From sequence record PQ287644.1: a stretch of DNA of 64,000 nucleotides. One strand, 5' to 3'. Within the stretch, counting starts at the first letter, position 1. Every line of letters starts with the position of its first letter. The notes below the pieces were generated by a model. The model had not been told where the DNA came from, searched no databases, and saw only the letters and a program-made list of their open reading frames with translations. Positions 37,544-47,175 of the stretch are shown one piece after another. Made by a program: the position numbers and the translations under genes.

Positions 37544-37975
37544 ATGGCGGATAGATTCATAGAATTCGTTCTTAAATTCTTCAAAGGGGAGTCTGCTGAA
37601 GACCAACTGAGCAAAGCCCTTAAAGTTTCAGTACTTACTATTGCCCTGCTACTGTTTGGTTTGTTTGCATTGTTGAGTAACAACCTCAACCTGCGCATGG
37701 ATCTGGCGGATGCTGAAATTGGTCTGGCTAAGATTAATATGCTCTTCGACCCTACTGTGGGGGAAGGGGGACCTTTAAAAGAGTTCGTTCGTATCAATGA
37801 TGCGTTGAGTCGACAACTAGACAGTGTTAAGAATCAAAATATCATCTTGTCGAAACGAACCATTACTGCGACGGCTGAAAACAAGGTACTTAAGGAACAT
37901 CTACTTAAGGTCCTTGAAGAGAACAAGATTCTACAAAATAATAACCAAATGCTGTTGAGAAAATGCACACAATAG
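37544..37975 (+). CDS. Membrane-anchored coiled-coil protein
   Basis: VSVLTIALLLFGLFALL helix then heptad-rich tail; AAGGAG RBS. Confidence 0.75.
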   Translation: MADRFIEFVLKFFKGESAEDQLSKALKVSVLTIALLLFGLFALLSNNLNLRMDLADAEIGLAKINMLFDPTVGEGGPLKEFVRINDALSRQLDSVKNQNIILSKRTITATAENKVLKEHLLKVLEENKILQNNNQMLLRKCTQ

Positions 37976-38041
37976 GGACCGGTTAAATTCCACAAGGATG
38001 TGTATCCCATGTACATGCACCTATTAGAATGAGTTAACGTA

Positions 38042-39553
38042 ATGGAAGCCATCACACCGTCTGTCAACTGGGTTATGTACCTCCTGGTAGGACATAACAG
38101 CAAGTTAAAGAAAAACGGCTACTTCCTGGGTGGTCATGGGTATTCTTACGATATCCAACAAGAAGGTAAGCGTAAGCTAACCAAGGATGTCCCGACGTCG
38201 GCGGGGTATTATACCGGTAATCCTCAGAAGACCAATACGGCTGTAACGATTCGGGATATTGTGTCGTTGACCGTAGTGAATGCGGAGAGTGAGCTGGAAG
38301 CCCTCTTGAAGGGATATTGGGAAGTCCTGAATGCCCTTACCACCGATCCCATCCTGAAGAACCTGTGTGTCATTACCGAACACAAAGTCTTGGAAGCCTT
38401 GAGTAAGGTAGATAAGAAGAACGTCGAAGACACTGAAGAGTTCAAACTCGGAAGACTGGTTTTAAGTGCAACAGAGCGAGCGGTGTTGTTAGACATCCTC
38501 ACCTGCTTGGAAATAGCCAGTCAAACAGACCGTCGGGTGGTCTTCGATTTTCCAGGTGTTGCAGAAGGGGGTCAAGGGAATAAGGAAGCCGCCAAACAAA
38601 GGGACCTTGCTGAAACAATCAGTCTGTTTGGGTTTAAGAAGGAAACCAACCTGGAAGTGGTTTCCCGTAAGGAGTATGAAAACCCAGAGGTGGAATTCAA
38701 CAAGATCGTCAGTGCCTCTCGGTGGTATTTCAATACCTTGGATCCTGAAGCGTTCTATAAAGAACAACACGGGTATCGGGTGTACGGGTTTGGTAAAGTC
38801 GAACGGGATAAAACGTACTACGGTAAGCTCACCCCGGATGTGACCTATTCCAAACTCTACACCAAACGACCCCTTCGTTTACTGGATAAGTTGTTTGACT
38901 TTACGGTACAACGGATTGCCAATCCCGAGGGGTATTTGTCAGCAGGTGATCTGAACCACATTGTCACCAAGGATGTGGCGCGGTTAGTGGATCATTTCCC
39001 AGGGGTTCCTAAGGAAAAGGAACTGATCTCCCCTTTCACCAAACAGAACACGAAACCGGTTCTGATTGAGCTTATATCCCCGGTCTTGATGTCGTATCGG
39101 ATCAGGGATTTCTTAATTGGGATGGATATTCTGTTTGAAGGGTTTATGAACAAGGATACCGAGAACAGGTATGGGTATCTGACGTTCTACATTATCACGG
39201 ATTTGATTTACCAGAAGGAAGTCAATGGAAAAGGGGTGGAGAAACTTAAGCTGGATCCAGCCTTTACCCAGACTCGGGAAACGATCAGTTTAAAGGTCAC
39301 TCATCCCAGCGCAATTAAACCGGTAACCATCAAGCTGTCTATTGGGTACGACACCCCGGATCGCAACGCTTTTAATTCGATTACGGACCCTAAAGTTAAG
39401 GTCTGGTGTGTGACAGACACCCGGAACAAGGAAGGCTTGCGGTACGCGACGATTGTGGAGACGGATGAGTTTATCTATGTCCATACGTCGGCGATTGCTA
39501 ACCTTCGGGTGTTAACCTTGGCGGAGTTAGGACGAAGTACTGATAAAGAGTGA
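38042..39553 (+). CDS. RNase H-fold core protein with degenerate active site
   Basis: By-eye alignment: MYLLVG / GGHGY / SELEALL / CVITEH / GGQGNKEAAKQ follow RNase H element order. Confidence 0.55.
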   Translation: MEAITPSVNWVMYLLVGHNSKLKKNGYFLGGHGYSYDIQQEGKRKLTKDVPTSAGYYTGNPQKTNTAVTIRDIVSLTVVNAESELEALLKGYWEVLNALTTDPILKNLCVITEHKVLEALSKVDKKNVEDTEEFKLGRLVLSATERAVLLDILTCLEIASQTDRRVVFDFPGVAEGGQGNKEAAKQRDLAETISLFGFKKETNLEVVSRKEYENPEVEFNKIVSASRWYFNTLDPEAFYKEQHGYRVYGFGKVERDKTYYGKLTPDVTYSKLYTKRPLRLLDKLFDFTVQRIANPEGYLSAGDLNHIVTKDVARLVDHFPGVPKEKELISPFTKQNTKPVLIELISPVLMSYRIRDFLIGMDILFEGFMNKDTENRYGYLTFYIITDLIYQKEVNGKGVEKLKLDPAFTQTRETISLKVTHPSAIKPVTIKLSIGYDTPDRNAFNSITDPKVKVWCVTDTRNKEGLRYATIVETDEFIYVHTSAIANLRVLTLAELGRSTDKE

Positions 39554-39558
39554 ACATT

Positions 39559-39594
39559 ATACCTACTGGGAGGTTCGCACCTCCCAGTAGGTAT
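39559..39594. terminator. Bidirectional terminator hairpin
   Basis: atacctactgggagg-ttcgca-cctcccagtaggtat. Confidence 0.75.
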
Positions 39595-39604
39595 ACGTAT
39601 GTTA

Positions 39605-40447
39605 CTATTTTGCTTTGGTTACAATCGTTTCAGTCTGCTCACGGAAGACAGCCGCCAGTTCGTTCAGGAGGGTCATCATCGCTCCACAGATGTCCGTAAA
39701 CTCCACAAAACGATTAACCACCAACTCTACTTCAGTCAGTATCTTCTCATCCAGGACGAGGTCATTGGTTTTGATCTTCTCCACCAGGAGTTGCCCCAGT
39801 TCATAGACCCGAGTCAATTCCCGACTGGCCATTTCAACATCCCGAGCGCCCAGTAGCTTGGCCGACACGTTGTAGGTTTCCAGTACGCTGTACAGTTCTT
39901 CGAAATTGACGTAAACTTCACCCAGGGTACACGTCTTGCGGTGGGGGTTGGATGGGAGACCTTTAAGGAACTGTTCGGAACGGTCCAGTACCGTATCGAA
40001 GTTGGTAATGGTCCAACGGAAACGGGTTTCAGGACGACCGGTCTTAATCAGTTGTTTAAGCCAATCGTATAGTCGAATTGCTTCAGTTTTCATACTACTG
40101 ACCAGATAGACCCCATCCGTGGCTACGAATTGAGTATAGGCCATCATATTACCGAGGCCGGGTGTGTAGGTCTCCGGGACAATGACTGGCAACCCAGCGT
40201 TCTTAACAAAGAGAATCTCTTTCCGCTGGATCGTTTTACGGAACTTTTCAACGTCCAGAGTGATAACCGACTTTTCGAAGGCGGCCAGACGGCGGTCTAT
40301 AGAGGCACCGAACTCAGAGAAGAAAAGACCCACACTTTCCCCTACACTGAGTTTTTCAGCCCCCAGGACTGAGAGAAGCTGGGGATTCTTGATCCGTTCG
40401 ATGAAGTCTTTCGATGTAAAGGAATGTTCCATAACTGAAAATCTCAT
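39605..40447 (-). CDS. Conserved phiKZ-like hypothetical/virion protein
   Basis: 280-aa ORF divergent from RecA, core block. Confidence 0.7.
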   Translation of the reverse strand: MRFSVMEHSFTSKDFIERIKNPQLLSVLGAEKLSVGESVGLFFSEFGASIDRRLAAFEKSVITLDVEKFRKTIQRKEILFVKNAGLPVIVPETYTPGLGNMMAYTQFVATDGVYLVSSMKTEAIRLYDWLKQLIKTGRPETRFRWTITNFDTVLDRSEQFLKGLPSNPHRKTCTLGEVYVNFEELYSVLETYNVSAKLLGARDVEMASRELTRVYELGQLLVEKIKTNDLVLDEKILTEVELVVNRFVEFTDICGAMMTLLNELAAVFREQTETIVTKAK

Positions 40448-40544
40448 GAGTATAGTTTGGGGAATGGGTTTTTACGCAGACCCATCTAAAACAGGGCGTT
40501 GCCCTTTCAGCTAAAGTTCATAAAATACGAGGAATAAGAGGAAC

Positions 40545-42014
40545 ATGAGTACGCCTCTTCTGTTTACCCAAGAGTTGGAATCGTCGGATACGTTGATTGT
40601 AAATCTTCCGTTTTCCCCTATTTTCGATATGTTAAACACCGAGATCTTGATGAGTGCATCAGGGGTGGCGTATAACAACGGGGGTCTTTGTCGTAACAAT
40701 GCGATCGTCGGTGGGAACAACACCCAGAAGACCGGGATGACCGTACTGGGTATGGCACGGGTCCTGATTCGGTTTAAAGGGTCGGTTGTTTTCTTCTTTG
40801 ATATTGAAGCCACCTTCTCCGTAGACCGTCTGGCGGAAATGATAGATCGAGAGATCGGTATTCCCGGGTACTTCAATGAACAGATCCTCGGCAAACGCTT
40901 CTTCTACTTCTCTCGGAATGATTTGGTAAATCCCTGTGACGGCACCTTTGTTCATGATAAGTTCAAATGGTTGAAGGGGAAGATCGCCGAACAGATTAAA
41001 GCCAAAGCCGATATCTTCATGAAGACCCCCTTTATTGACAGTAAAGGCAACCCCGTTAAAATTATTACACCTATTCTGTGCGTGGTGGACTCTATCTCTG
41101 AAATGCCCTTCCATCGGGTATCGGAACATTTCCAAGAAGGGGATGTTGATCAAGGCGGAGAGAAGAAGACACGAGACCTGGTGATTGGGAACCTCCGTCG
41201 CATCGTCTATGAAGACGCCGATATCTTGGGTGGGGTATCGGGTTGTTACCAGATTTGGGTTGCTCAGGTTGTTGATAAGATCAACATGACTGGGCGTCCT
41301 GAGGAGAAGGAATCTATTTTCATCCGTCCGGGTAAGAAGCTGAAAGGTCCTAAGGCCATGATGCGTATTCCGCAGATCGGTCACGAGATCCTTAAAGGTT
41401 CAGTGCTTAAAGGCGGAAGTAATGGTCAAGAGTGGTTGTACCCGAATCCCTTTGGTAAAGATGTTATTGTGACTCCTGATGCCAAAGAAATGCCTGACTT
41501 GATGATTTATAACAATCAACCCTATCGGAATAAAGCAGGGATGTCAGGCATTAACGCGTTCTTCATTGGTTCCCAGTCCATGGGGATTCAAGAAGGTCTG
41601 ACCATGTACCATGTACTGAAGACAGCTAAGTACTTCGGTTTGGAAGGGAGTGACCGTAGTCATCACTGCATTCTGTACCCTGATCTGAAGGTGGGACGTA
41701 CCACTGTATGGGAAAATACCATTGAAGACCGTAAATTCCTGCGAGCACTGACCATCATTTACCACTTGTGGTTCATGCAAACCTTCTGGCTGACACTCCC
41801 CCACAAATACCGTCTGACTCCTCAGGCATTGTACGACGGTATTATTGCTCAAGGACTGGACTGGAACGATATTCTGGAGAACACGGTAGACTACTGGTAC
41901 ACCAATCCAGATATTGACAAGTACACTGTTACAACGTATGAACTCATTCGCATTGCACTGGGTGAACGTAAACCTTACTGGAAAGAGAAAGGTGCACCTA
42001 AGGCTATTGTTTAA
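40545..42014 (+). CDS. uvsX: RecA/UvsX-like recombinase (jumbo-phage type)
   Basis: IVGGNNTQKTG P-loop, FFFDIEATF, LCVVDSISEM Walker B, NKAGMSG. Confidence 0.8.
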   Translation: MSTPLLFTQELESSDTLIVNLPFSPIFDMLNTEILMSASGVAYNNGGLCRNNAIVGGNNTQKTGMTVLGMARVLIRFKGSVVFFFDIEATFSVDRLAEMIDREIGIPGYFNEQILGKRFFYFSRNDLVNPCDGTFVHDKFKWLKGKIAEQIKAKADIFMKTPFIDSKGNPVKIITPILCVVDSISEMPFHRVSEHFQEGDVDQGGEKKTRDLVIGNLRRIVYEDADILGGVSGCYQIWVAQVVDKINMTGRPEEKESIFIRPGKKLKGPKAMMRIPQIGHEILKGSVLKGGSNGQEWLYPNPFGKDVIVTPDAKEMPDLMIYNNQPYRNKAGMSGINAFFIGSQSMGIQEGLTMYHVLKTAKYFGLEGSDRSHHCILYPDLKVGRTTVWENTIEDRKFLRALTIIYHLWFMQTFWLTLPHKYRLTPQALYDGIIAQGLDWNDILENTVDYWYTNPDIDKYTVTTYELIRIALGERKPYWKEKGAPKAIV

Positions 42015-42072
42015 ATAAAGGATGGGAGGATAGCCTGAGTCCTCCCATCCCGACTTTGTAAAGGACCCCCTC

Positions 42073-42447
42073 ATGGAAACAGCACCGTGCCCCACCACCA
42101 TTCTCATTATGGCGGACAGTAACTTTATTAATCTTTGCCTGGATCCGTTCGACTACATCAGGCGGTTGAAAGAACGGGTGTCTGCTGTGCGGGAGGATAG
42201 CCCGTTGTTGTATACTGTCAGTGGTCGCTATGGTGTGAGTGCCATTGACAGTGAAATCCCGGTGATTGAAGTGAATGACCGGAATAAGACCCTCTTCAGT
42301 CAAACCTTGGAGAACTGCTCCATGTTGTTTGATGAACTCCTGGCGATCAGTACGGTCGAGAGTGATCCCTTTATTAACTCCGCTAAAGAAGTGATTACGT
42401 TGGCCAACAAGACGTTTACACATTACAAATACCCGAGGAAAGTGTAA
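42073..42447 (+). CDS. Hypothetical protein
   Basis: 124 aa; stop overlaps next start. Confidence 0.7.
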   Translation: METAPCPTTILIMADSNFINLCLDPFDYIRRLKERVSAVREDSPLLYTVSGRYGVSAIDSEIPVIEVNDRNKTLFSQTLENCSMLFDELLAISTVESDPFINSAKEVITLANKTFTHYKYPRKV

Positions 42448-43124
42448 TGGCTGGTAACCGGAAGGCATTTGAAGAACATGTGTATAAAGCCTTTGGCCCT
42501 CTGACCAAAGGGGGTGGCAATAAGAAGATTTATGAGAAACTCTTTGCCACTATGGACGATGACGCTTTTGAAGACTTCGTCCAGTGGTTGGAAAAAGGGA
42601 ATCCGCTAGCGATTTGGGCCAGTAACTTTGTTCCTGAAGAGAAACTGAATTTTGATAACCTGATGAGACTCTGTAAACAGTTCGGTATTGAAGTTGAACA
42701 CCAGCTGGTTATTTACGACGAAGACACCGGGATCAAGTCACTGACTGCTTATAAGGCGATTGTGGGACGTGCTGAAGTCCGTAAACAACGTCAGATGTTG
42801 TCCAAGAAGTTCAGTGCGGCTAAGAACGACTACGAAATCGATGACCTCACCGGTCAACCCATGGGGGACAGCCGGAGTGCGGGGATCAGCGGTCCTGAGG
42901 TTACCGTACTGCGTAACCTGGGTTTGAACATCATGGCGAATGAACTGTACAACGTTAAAGGCGGCGACCAAGAGGCCTTTAAGGCGTACAAGAACGATTT
43001 GTTGACCACCGGTAAGACTACCACCAATGGGAGCCTGCGTAAAGGCTCGGGCACCAAGGTGCTGAGCACGGTCCACCACCTCATGCGTGGTCGTCATATC
43101 GACACTAACTTTAACCAGAAGTGA
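42447..43124 (+). CDS. rpoB: Virion RNA polymerase beta subunit, C-terminal fragment
   Basis: LTGQPMGDSRSAGISGPEVTVL...ELYNVKGGD aligns with RpoB C-terminal TQQPLGG..GEMEVWAL..EMLTVKSDD. Confidence 0.75.
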   Translation: MAGNRKAFEEHVYKAFGPLTKGGGNKKIYEKLFATMDDDAFEDFVQWLEKGNPLAIWASNFVPEEKLNFDNLMRLCKQFGIEVEHQLVIYDEDTGIKSLTAYKAIVGRAEVRKQRQMLSKKFSAAKNDYEIDDLTGQPMGDSRSAGISGPEVTVLRNLGLNIMANELYNVKGGDQEAFKAYKNDLLTTGKTTTNGSLRKGSGTKVLSTVHHLMRGRHIDTNFNQK

Positions 43125-43133
43125 TATTTCCCC

Positions 43134-43547
43134 ATGGATAAACTCATTCATTTGTCGAATACCATTCAAGAAGTATGGTTAGACCTGTCAACCGGAGAAG
43201 CTCCTTCTCCCATTATTCAGAACTTCTCGTCGCTTATCAACCGTCCTTTGATCTGTTTTAATGAAGCCTATTCAGTCTTCATGAACCAAGTGGGAAGTAG
43301 GAGTGATCTCTTCGACAGTTGGGTCAGTATTCAAATGATGGTTATCACCCGCTTGGGCGAGCATCAGGTGGCGTTCAGTCAGTTCAGTCAAATGTTCAAG
43401 GAAGTCTTTAAGACCATTGAAGGGGGTAATGGACTGGATATTTCCGATGAGAATGAATATAAACGCTGGAGTTTCTTGATTGCTTTAGCGTTTAGGGTGT
43501 ATACCAGTCATTTCATTGTACCCCCACCTAAAGGACGTAAGGCATGA
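43134..43547 (+). CDS. Hypothetical protein
   Basis: 137 aa, operon packing. Confidence 0.7.
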   Translation: MDKLIHLSNTIQEVWLDLSTGEAPSPIIQNFSSLINRPLICFNEAYSVFMNQVGSRSDLFDSWVSIQMMVITRLGEHQVAFSQFSQMFKEVFKTIEGGNGLDISDENEYKRWSFLIALAFRVYTSHFIVPPPKGRKA

Positions 43548-44326
43548 ATCGGGTATTAACCGCCTACGCGGATGTGGACAGTCTCTTCGATTATCGGAGG
43601 GGATTGATTCAGAAGTGGTTAACACGAGACATGGCTGTTAGTGATGAAAACAGCTTGAGTGATGAAGCCTTTGCAGCGTATCAAGAGAAACGCCGGCTTC
43701 AAGGAGACACCCTGTGGGAACTTCATATTGAGAAGAACTACAGGGAGAGAAGGATGGATACGTTTAACTATCCGTTCTTTGGGTTCACCCGACAGATATT
43801 CAGGGAACTCTATCAGAAACGGAGCTTACGGGATTGGGGGTATGGGTATTACCCTACCGGGTTCCTGTCTAATTTCGTTAAGGTGATTATCGAGCATGAA
43901 CAACTGACCGATAAACCCATCGAGATCAAAGGGATTACCCTCACGATTAACTGTTTCCCTTATGTCATGGATACGGCCCTTAAGGAGGAGTTGATCGAGC
44001 ACGTTAAGACTCGGTTAGGCTACCGGGTAGAGGTGAAGACCGTTGATGACGACATTATCAATGCGACACCCTCCTACTATCGACAGTTCGATTATGTCTT
44101 CAAATACGACTTCCTGTTGAATGAAGACTATAAGTCCTTCTTTGAGAACGTCGGTAAACCGCCTATTCCTGATACGGCGTTTTTGGTTCCAGATCTCCTG
44201 GTTCAAGAAACCGAGTATTTGGAAGGGAGTATTTACGACCGTATCTTCGCCCAATCCATTGCGCTGGCTCCTGTATTGAAATTGATTCCGATCAACAAAG
44301 GTTTCTATGATTACTTGACGGACTAA
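43544..44326 (+). CDS. Conserved hypothetical protein
   Basis: 260 aa, ATGA overlap. Confidence 0.75.
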   Translation: MNRVLTAYADVDSLFDYRRGLIQKWLTRDMAVSDENSLSDEAFAAYQEKRRLQGDTLWELHIEKNYRERRMDTFNYPFFGFTRQIFRELYQKRSLRDWGYGYYPTGFLSNFVKVIIEHEQLTDKPIEIKGITLTINCFPYVMDTALKEELIEHVKTRLGYRVEVKTVDDDIINATPSYYRQFDYVFKYDFLLNEDYKSFFENVGKPPIPDTAFLVPDLLVQETEYLEGSIYDRIFAQSIALAPVLKLIPINKGFYDYLTD

Positions 44327-44335
44327 CCCCTTTAT

Positions 44336-44365
44336 TAACTGGGTGGGGAAATCCCCACCCAGTTA
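44336..44365. terminator. Bidirectional terminator hairpin
   Basis: taactgggtgggga-aa-tccccacccagtta. Confidence 0.7.
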
Positions 44366-44376
44366 TGTTCGCTTGG

Positions 44377-44889
44377 TCAAATTTCCTCACCATCGATACC
44401 CACCAGTTGATTCCCCTGGACCAGCTCTTCTTCCGTAATGGGACTCAAGGTAGGATCCAGAGGCAGGGGTTTAGAGGGATCCAGTACGAAATGGGAGAAC
44501 TCAAAGGTGGGGAGTTTAATCCCTCCACTTTGAATACGCTCCATAGCCTCCAGCATTTGGTTAAAGGCCAGTCGGTTGCCTTCGTTCTCTTTCTTCTTAG
44601 CCCGCTCTTTACGGTCATCCCGTACGGTCTTTTCAATCTGCGCAATAATCTGGGTGACCCCTTCCAGCAGGTGCGCATTCTTCGGATTATCCAAGTACGC
44701 AGACATAGCGTATTCCAGAATGAAAGCCCGGTTACGTTGTACTACCTTAACCAGTTCTTCCTGTTCGATATCCTCCAGATTACCAGTCATTGCCTTACGG
44801 AGTTCTTCCAGAACCGTTTGCATTCTATCCATATCCAAAGGACCGGCTTTCTTCTTTTCCTTTTCGGGTGTGTCGTCAGGCGTTTCCAT
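44377..44889 (-). CDS. Conserved hypothetical protein (helical)
   Basis: 170-aa ORF. Confidence 0.7.
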   Translation of the reverse strand: METPDDTPEKEKKKAGPLDMDRMQTVLEELRKAMTGNLEDIEQEELVKVVQRNRAFILEYAMSAYLDNPKNAHLLEGVTQIIAQIEKTVRDDRKERAKKKENEGNRLAFNQMLEAMERIQSGGIKLPTFEFSHFVLDPSKPLPLDPTLSPITEEELVQGNQLVGIDGEEI

Positions 44890-44897
44890 GATTTTTC

Positions 44898-44919
44898 AGA
44901 CCTACATTATTCGTTTGAG
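44898..44919 (+). promoter_or_regulatory. Putative phage early promoter
   Basis: agacctacattattcgtttgag upstream of 44939. Confidence 0.55.
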
Positions 44920-44938
44920 TGGTTAGGAGTATGTGTAA

Positions 44939-45517
44939 ATGGCACTAACTAAACGGGCTCTATTCAGGTGGTTAAGCCGGATACCTGGTATAGGTAACCT
45001 GTTTAACCGAAAACTGGATTCCCTCACGATCGAGCAGCTGACTGAGATTAATCAACGGTTCTCTAAGGCTTCAGTACGGTTCGCAGCTCAGATCCAGGAT
45101 CTATACGATTGCTTAAAGCCCCTAAATACGTCCTTTGACATCGATCCGAGGGTCTACCTACCCTTACCTATTGAACTGTCAACAAAGTCCTCTAAGGACG
45201 CTCACAGGCTGGTAGAGAGGGTACTGTCAGGTTACTCGTGGAACCCTGACGAACACTTCGTGAGTAACATGATCGAATACTACCCCAGTTTCCTGGACTG
45301 GTACAGTAACGGTTACAGTCTCGACGGGTATTACCAGGGAATGGTGAAACTCATGGAACTGTATTGTGCCTTATTCCCCGTTATACCGAATGAGGACGAT
45401 CCTGTTGAATGTCATCCTGTCGTAGAGAACTTCTTAACCAGCCGGTGGTTTAGGCTGATGGTTATTGACCTGATCAAAATACTGACTCTGGTACTTATCC
45501 AACGTCGGGGAGGTTAA
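44939..45517 (+). CDS. Hypothetical protein
   Basis: 192 aa, AGGAG RBS. Confidence 0.75.
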   Translation: MALTKRALFRWLSRIPGIGNLFNRKLDSLTIEQLTEINQRFSKASVRFAAQIQDLYDCLKPLNTSFDIDPRVYLPLPIELSTKSSKDAHRLVERVLSGYSWNPDEHFVSNMIEYYPSFLDWYSNGYSLDGYYQGMVKLMELYCALFPVIPNEDDPVECHPVVENFLTSRWFRLMVIDLIKILTLVLIQRRGG

Positions 45518-45952
45518 ATGGAAGCAAACAGAAAGAGACCCAAAGCCAGCCGGTTGGAGAGTATCTCCCACAAGTTTGTACGGGATGAAGAACTCAGAGA
45601 TCCCCCCGCCCGGTTATTCCGGGCAATTCTGAACAAAGTGGTTCCTACCCCTCACAAGTGGAAGAACTACTTACGGGATTATCTGGAGTATGTGGTAACC
45701 ACCCGAGATCCCCAACGGGCTAAGACCGAACGCATTACCCGGCAAGGTAACATTAAGGCAACCTATTTCCAAAGCTATACGTTAACCTTCCAGAAACTCT
45801 TGGAAGGGTTGTCTATCCTACGGATGAAATCTTGCAGAATCATCATCGAGGTTGTTGATGAACACGGTGAAATACTCACAGTGGAAGAAACTATTCGCAT
45901 CGTAGAGAAGAAGCGTTTGGAGAAACCCATTGTGGATGAACCGGAAGAGTGA
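45518..45952 (+). CDS. Hypothetical basic protein
   Basis: 144 aa, GGAGG RBS. Confidence 0.75.
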   Translation: MEANRKRPKASRLESISHKFVRDEELRDPPARLFRAILNKVVPTPHKWKNYLRDYLEYVVTTRDPQRAKTERITRQGNIKATYFQSYTLTFQKLLEGLSILRMKSCRIIIEVVDEHGEILTVEETIRIVEKKRLEKPIVDEPEE

Positions 45953-45957
45953 ATGCA

Positions 45958-45985
45958 GGAGTAGGTGCGCTAACGCACCTACTCC
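45958..45985 (+). terminator. Terminator hairpin
   Basis: ggagtaggtgcg-ctaa-cgcacctactcc then pyrimidine/T tract. Confidence 0.7.
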
Positions 45986-46019
45986 CTTCCCCTTTATTCT
46001 TTATTTTTGGAGTGCCGCT

Positions 46020-47129
46020 ATGGGTATCCTTGACGGGTTCAATCTGTCGTCGGGTATTAATGCCTTTAAGAAAGAAACCGAAACCGCAATGCGGGGGGTT
46101 AAAAGTGAAACCCTAACCCCTATTGATGTCACCGCCAGTCGCCTTAAAGAAGGGGTGGCTCTTACTAACCCGAATGACACCACACTCAAGTCAACCATTA
46201 CCGCGTACCGGAGTTCGGTTGTAGAAGCCCTAGACGGTGTTATTGGAGCCCTGTCAGGCGGTTTACTCAATACGAAGGACATTACCCGAGCCATTCGTAT
46301 TGATGGTAATGGGGTCAGTTTCAGTGACGATGACTTGATTACCGCGGCAGGGAATCAAATGGGTGTTAACGTCTGGGGTAAGAACGGCGTTAAGCAACTC
46401 ATTGCAGACACCCTCACCGCAGAATTCAATCGACTCACTGGATTGAATGTGGGTCAAATTATCCAGGTCGGTTATGGTGACAAAGGTTCACCCTTCCGTA
46501 TCAATGACAGTTGGAGAACTCAGCTCGGTAGTGCCACCCTCGATATGCTCAGGGATTATACCGGTATTGATGAGTTTGTAGACGTCAGTGTTCAATCGGC
46601 GTTTTACAACGCTATCCTGTACAACTCAGCGATGTACGGGATGAGTGACAGTTATAAGACCCAATGGGATAACTACCCGTATACCTCTCTAAGACAAGAT
46701 GCCTTTATTGAAGCCATTCAGTACATGATTACGAATGGGGATGTTGAGAGCATCAGTAAGGTCTTTGAACTCATTAATACCGAAGGGAAGAATACCTTAC
46801 TGAGTAAATACCCGGATTTCATTGAAACCCTCTTTACCAAGTTCTCCTTCGACAGTCAGGTACACAGTGAAGAGCACCCCGCCATTCGTACGAAACTCTT
46901 AAACGTCTTAGAAACGGTAGCGGGTAAAGAGTGGTATTACCGGGAGACCCAATTCGGTAAAGCGTACAACCTGGGGTTGGTATCGAACATCAGTGACGAC
47001 ATGGTAACCCTGTTAACGCCTGTCGAAGAGTTGATTCCCCTCTTAACCACCCGGGGGATCTTTCAGACTGAACGGGCAACGGATGTATTGAATCAATCCT
47101 TCCCGAATGCCCCTATTCGCATTAAATAA
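46020..47129 (+). CDS. Putative virion structural protein
   Basis: ATG 46020 with GGAG RBS in ORF 45930..47129; core-block position. Confidence 0.65.
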   Translation: MGILDGFNLSSGINAFKKETETAMRGVKSETLTPIDVTASRLKEGVALTNPNDTTLKSTITAYRSSVVEALDGVIGALSGGLLNTKDITRAIRIDGNGVSFSDDDLITAAGNQMGVNVWGKNGVKQLIADTLTAEFNRLTGLNVGQIIQVGYGDKGSPFRINDSWRTQLGSATLDMLRDYTGIDEFVDVSVQSAFYNAILYNSAMYGMSDSYKTQWDNYPYTSLRQDAFIEAIQYMITNGDVESISKVFELINTEGKNTLLSKYPDFIETLFTKFSFDSQVHSEEHPAIRTKLLNVLETVAGKEWYYRETQFGKAYNLGLVSNISDDMVTLLTPVEELIPLLTTRGIFQTERATDVLNQSFPNAPIRIK

Positions 47130-47140
47130 CCCTAACGAAG

Positions 47141-47173
47141 ACTCCCCTACCCCAATTAATGGGGTAGGGGAGT
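47141..47173. terminator. Bidirectional terminator hairpin
   Basis: actcccctacccca-attaa-tggggtaggggagt. Confidence 0.75.
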
Positions 47174-47175
47174 TA

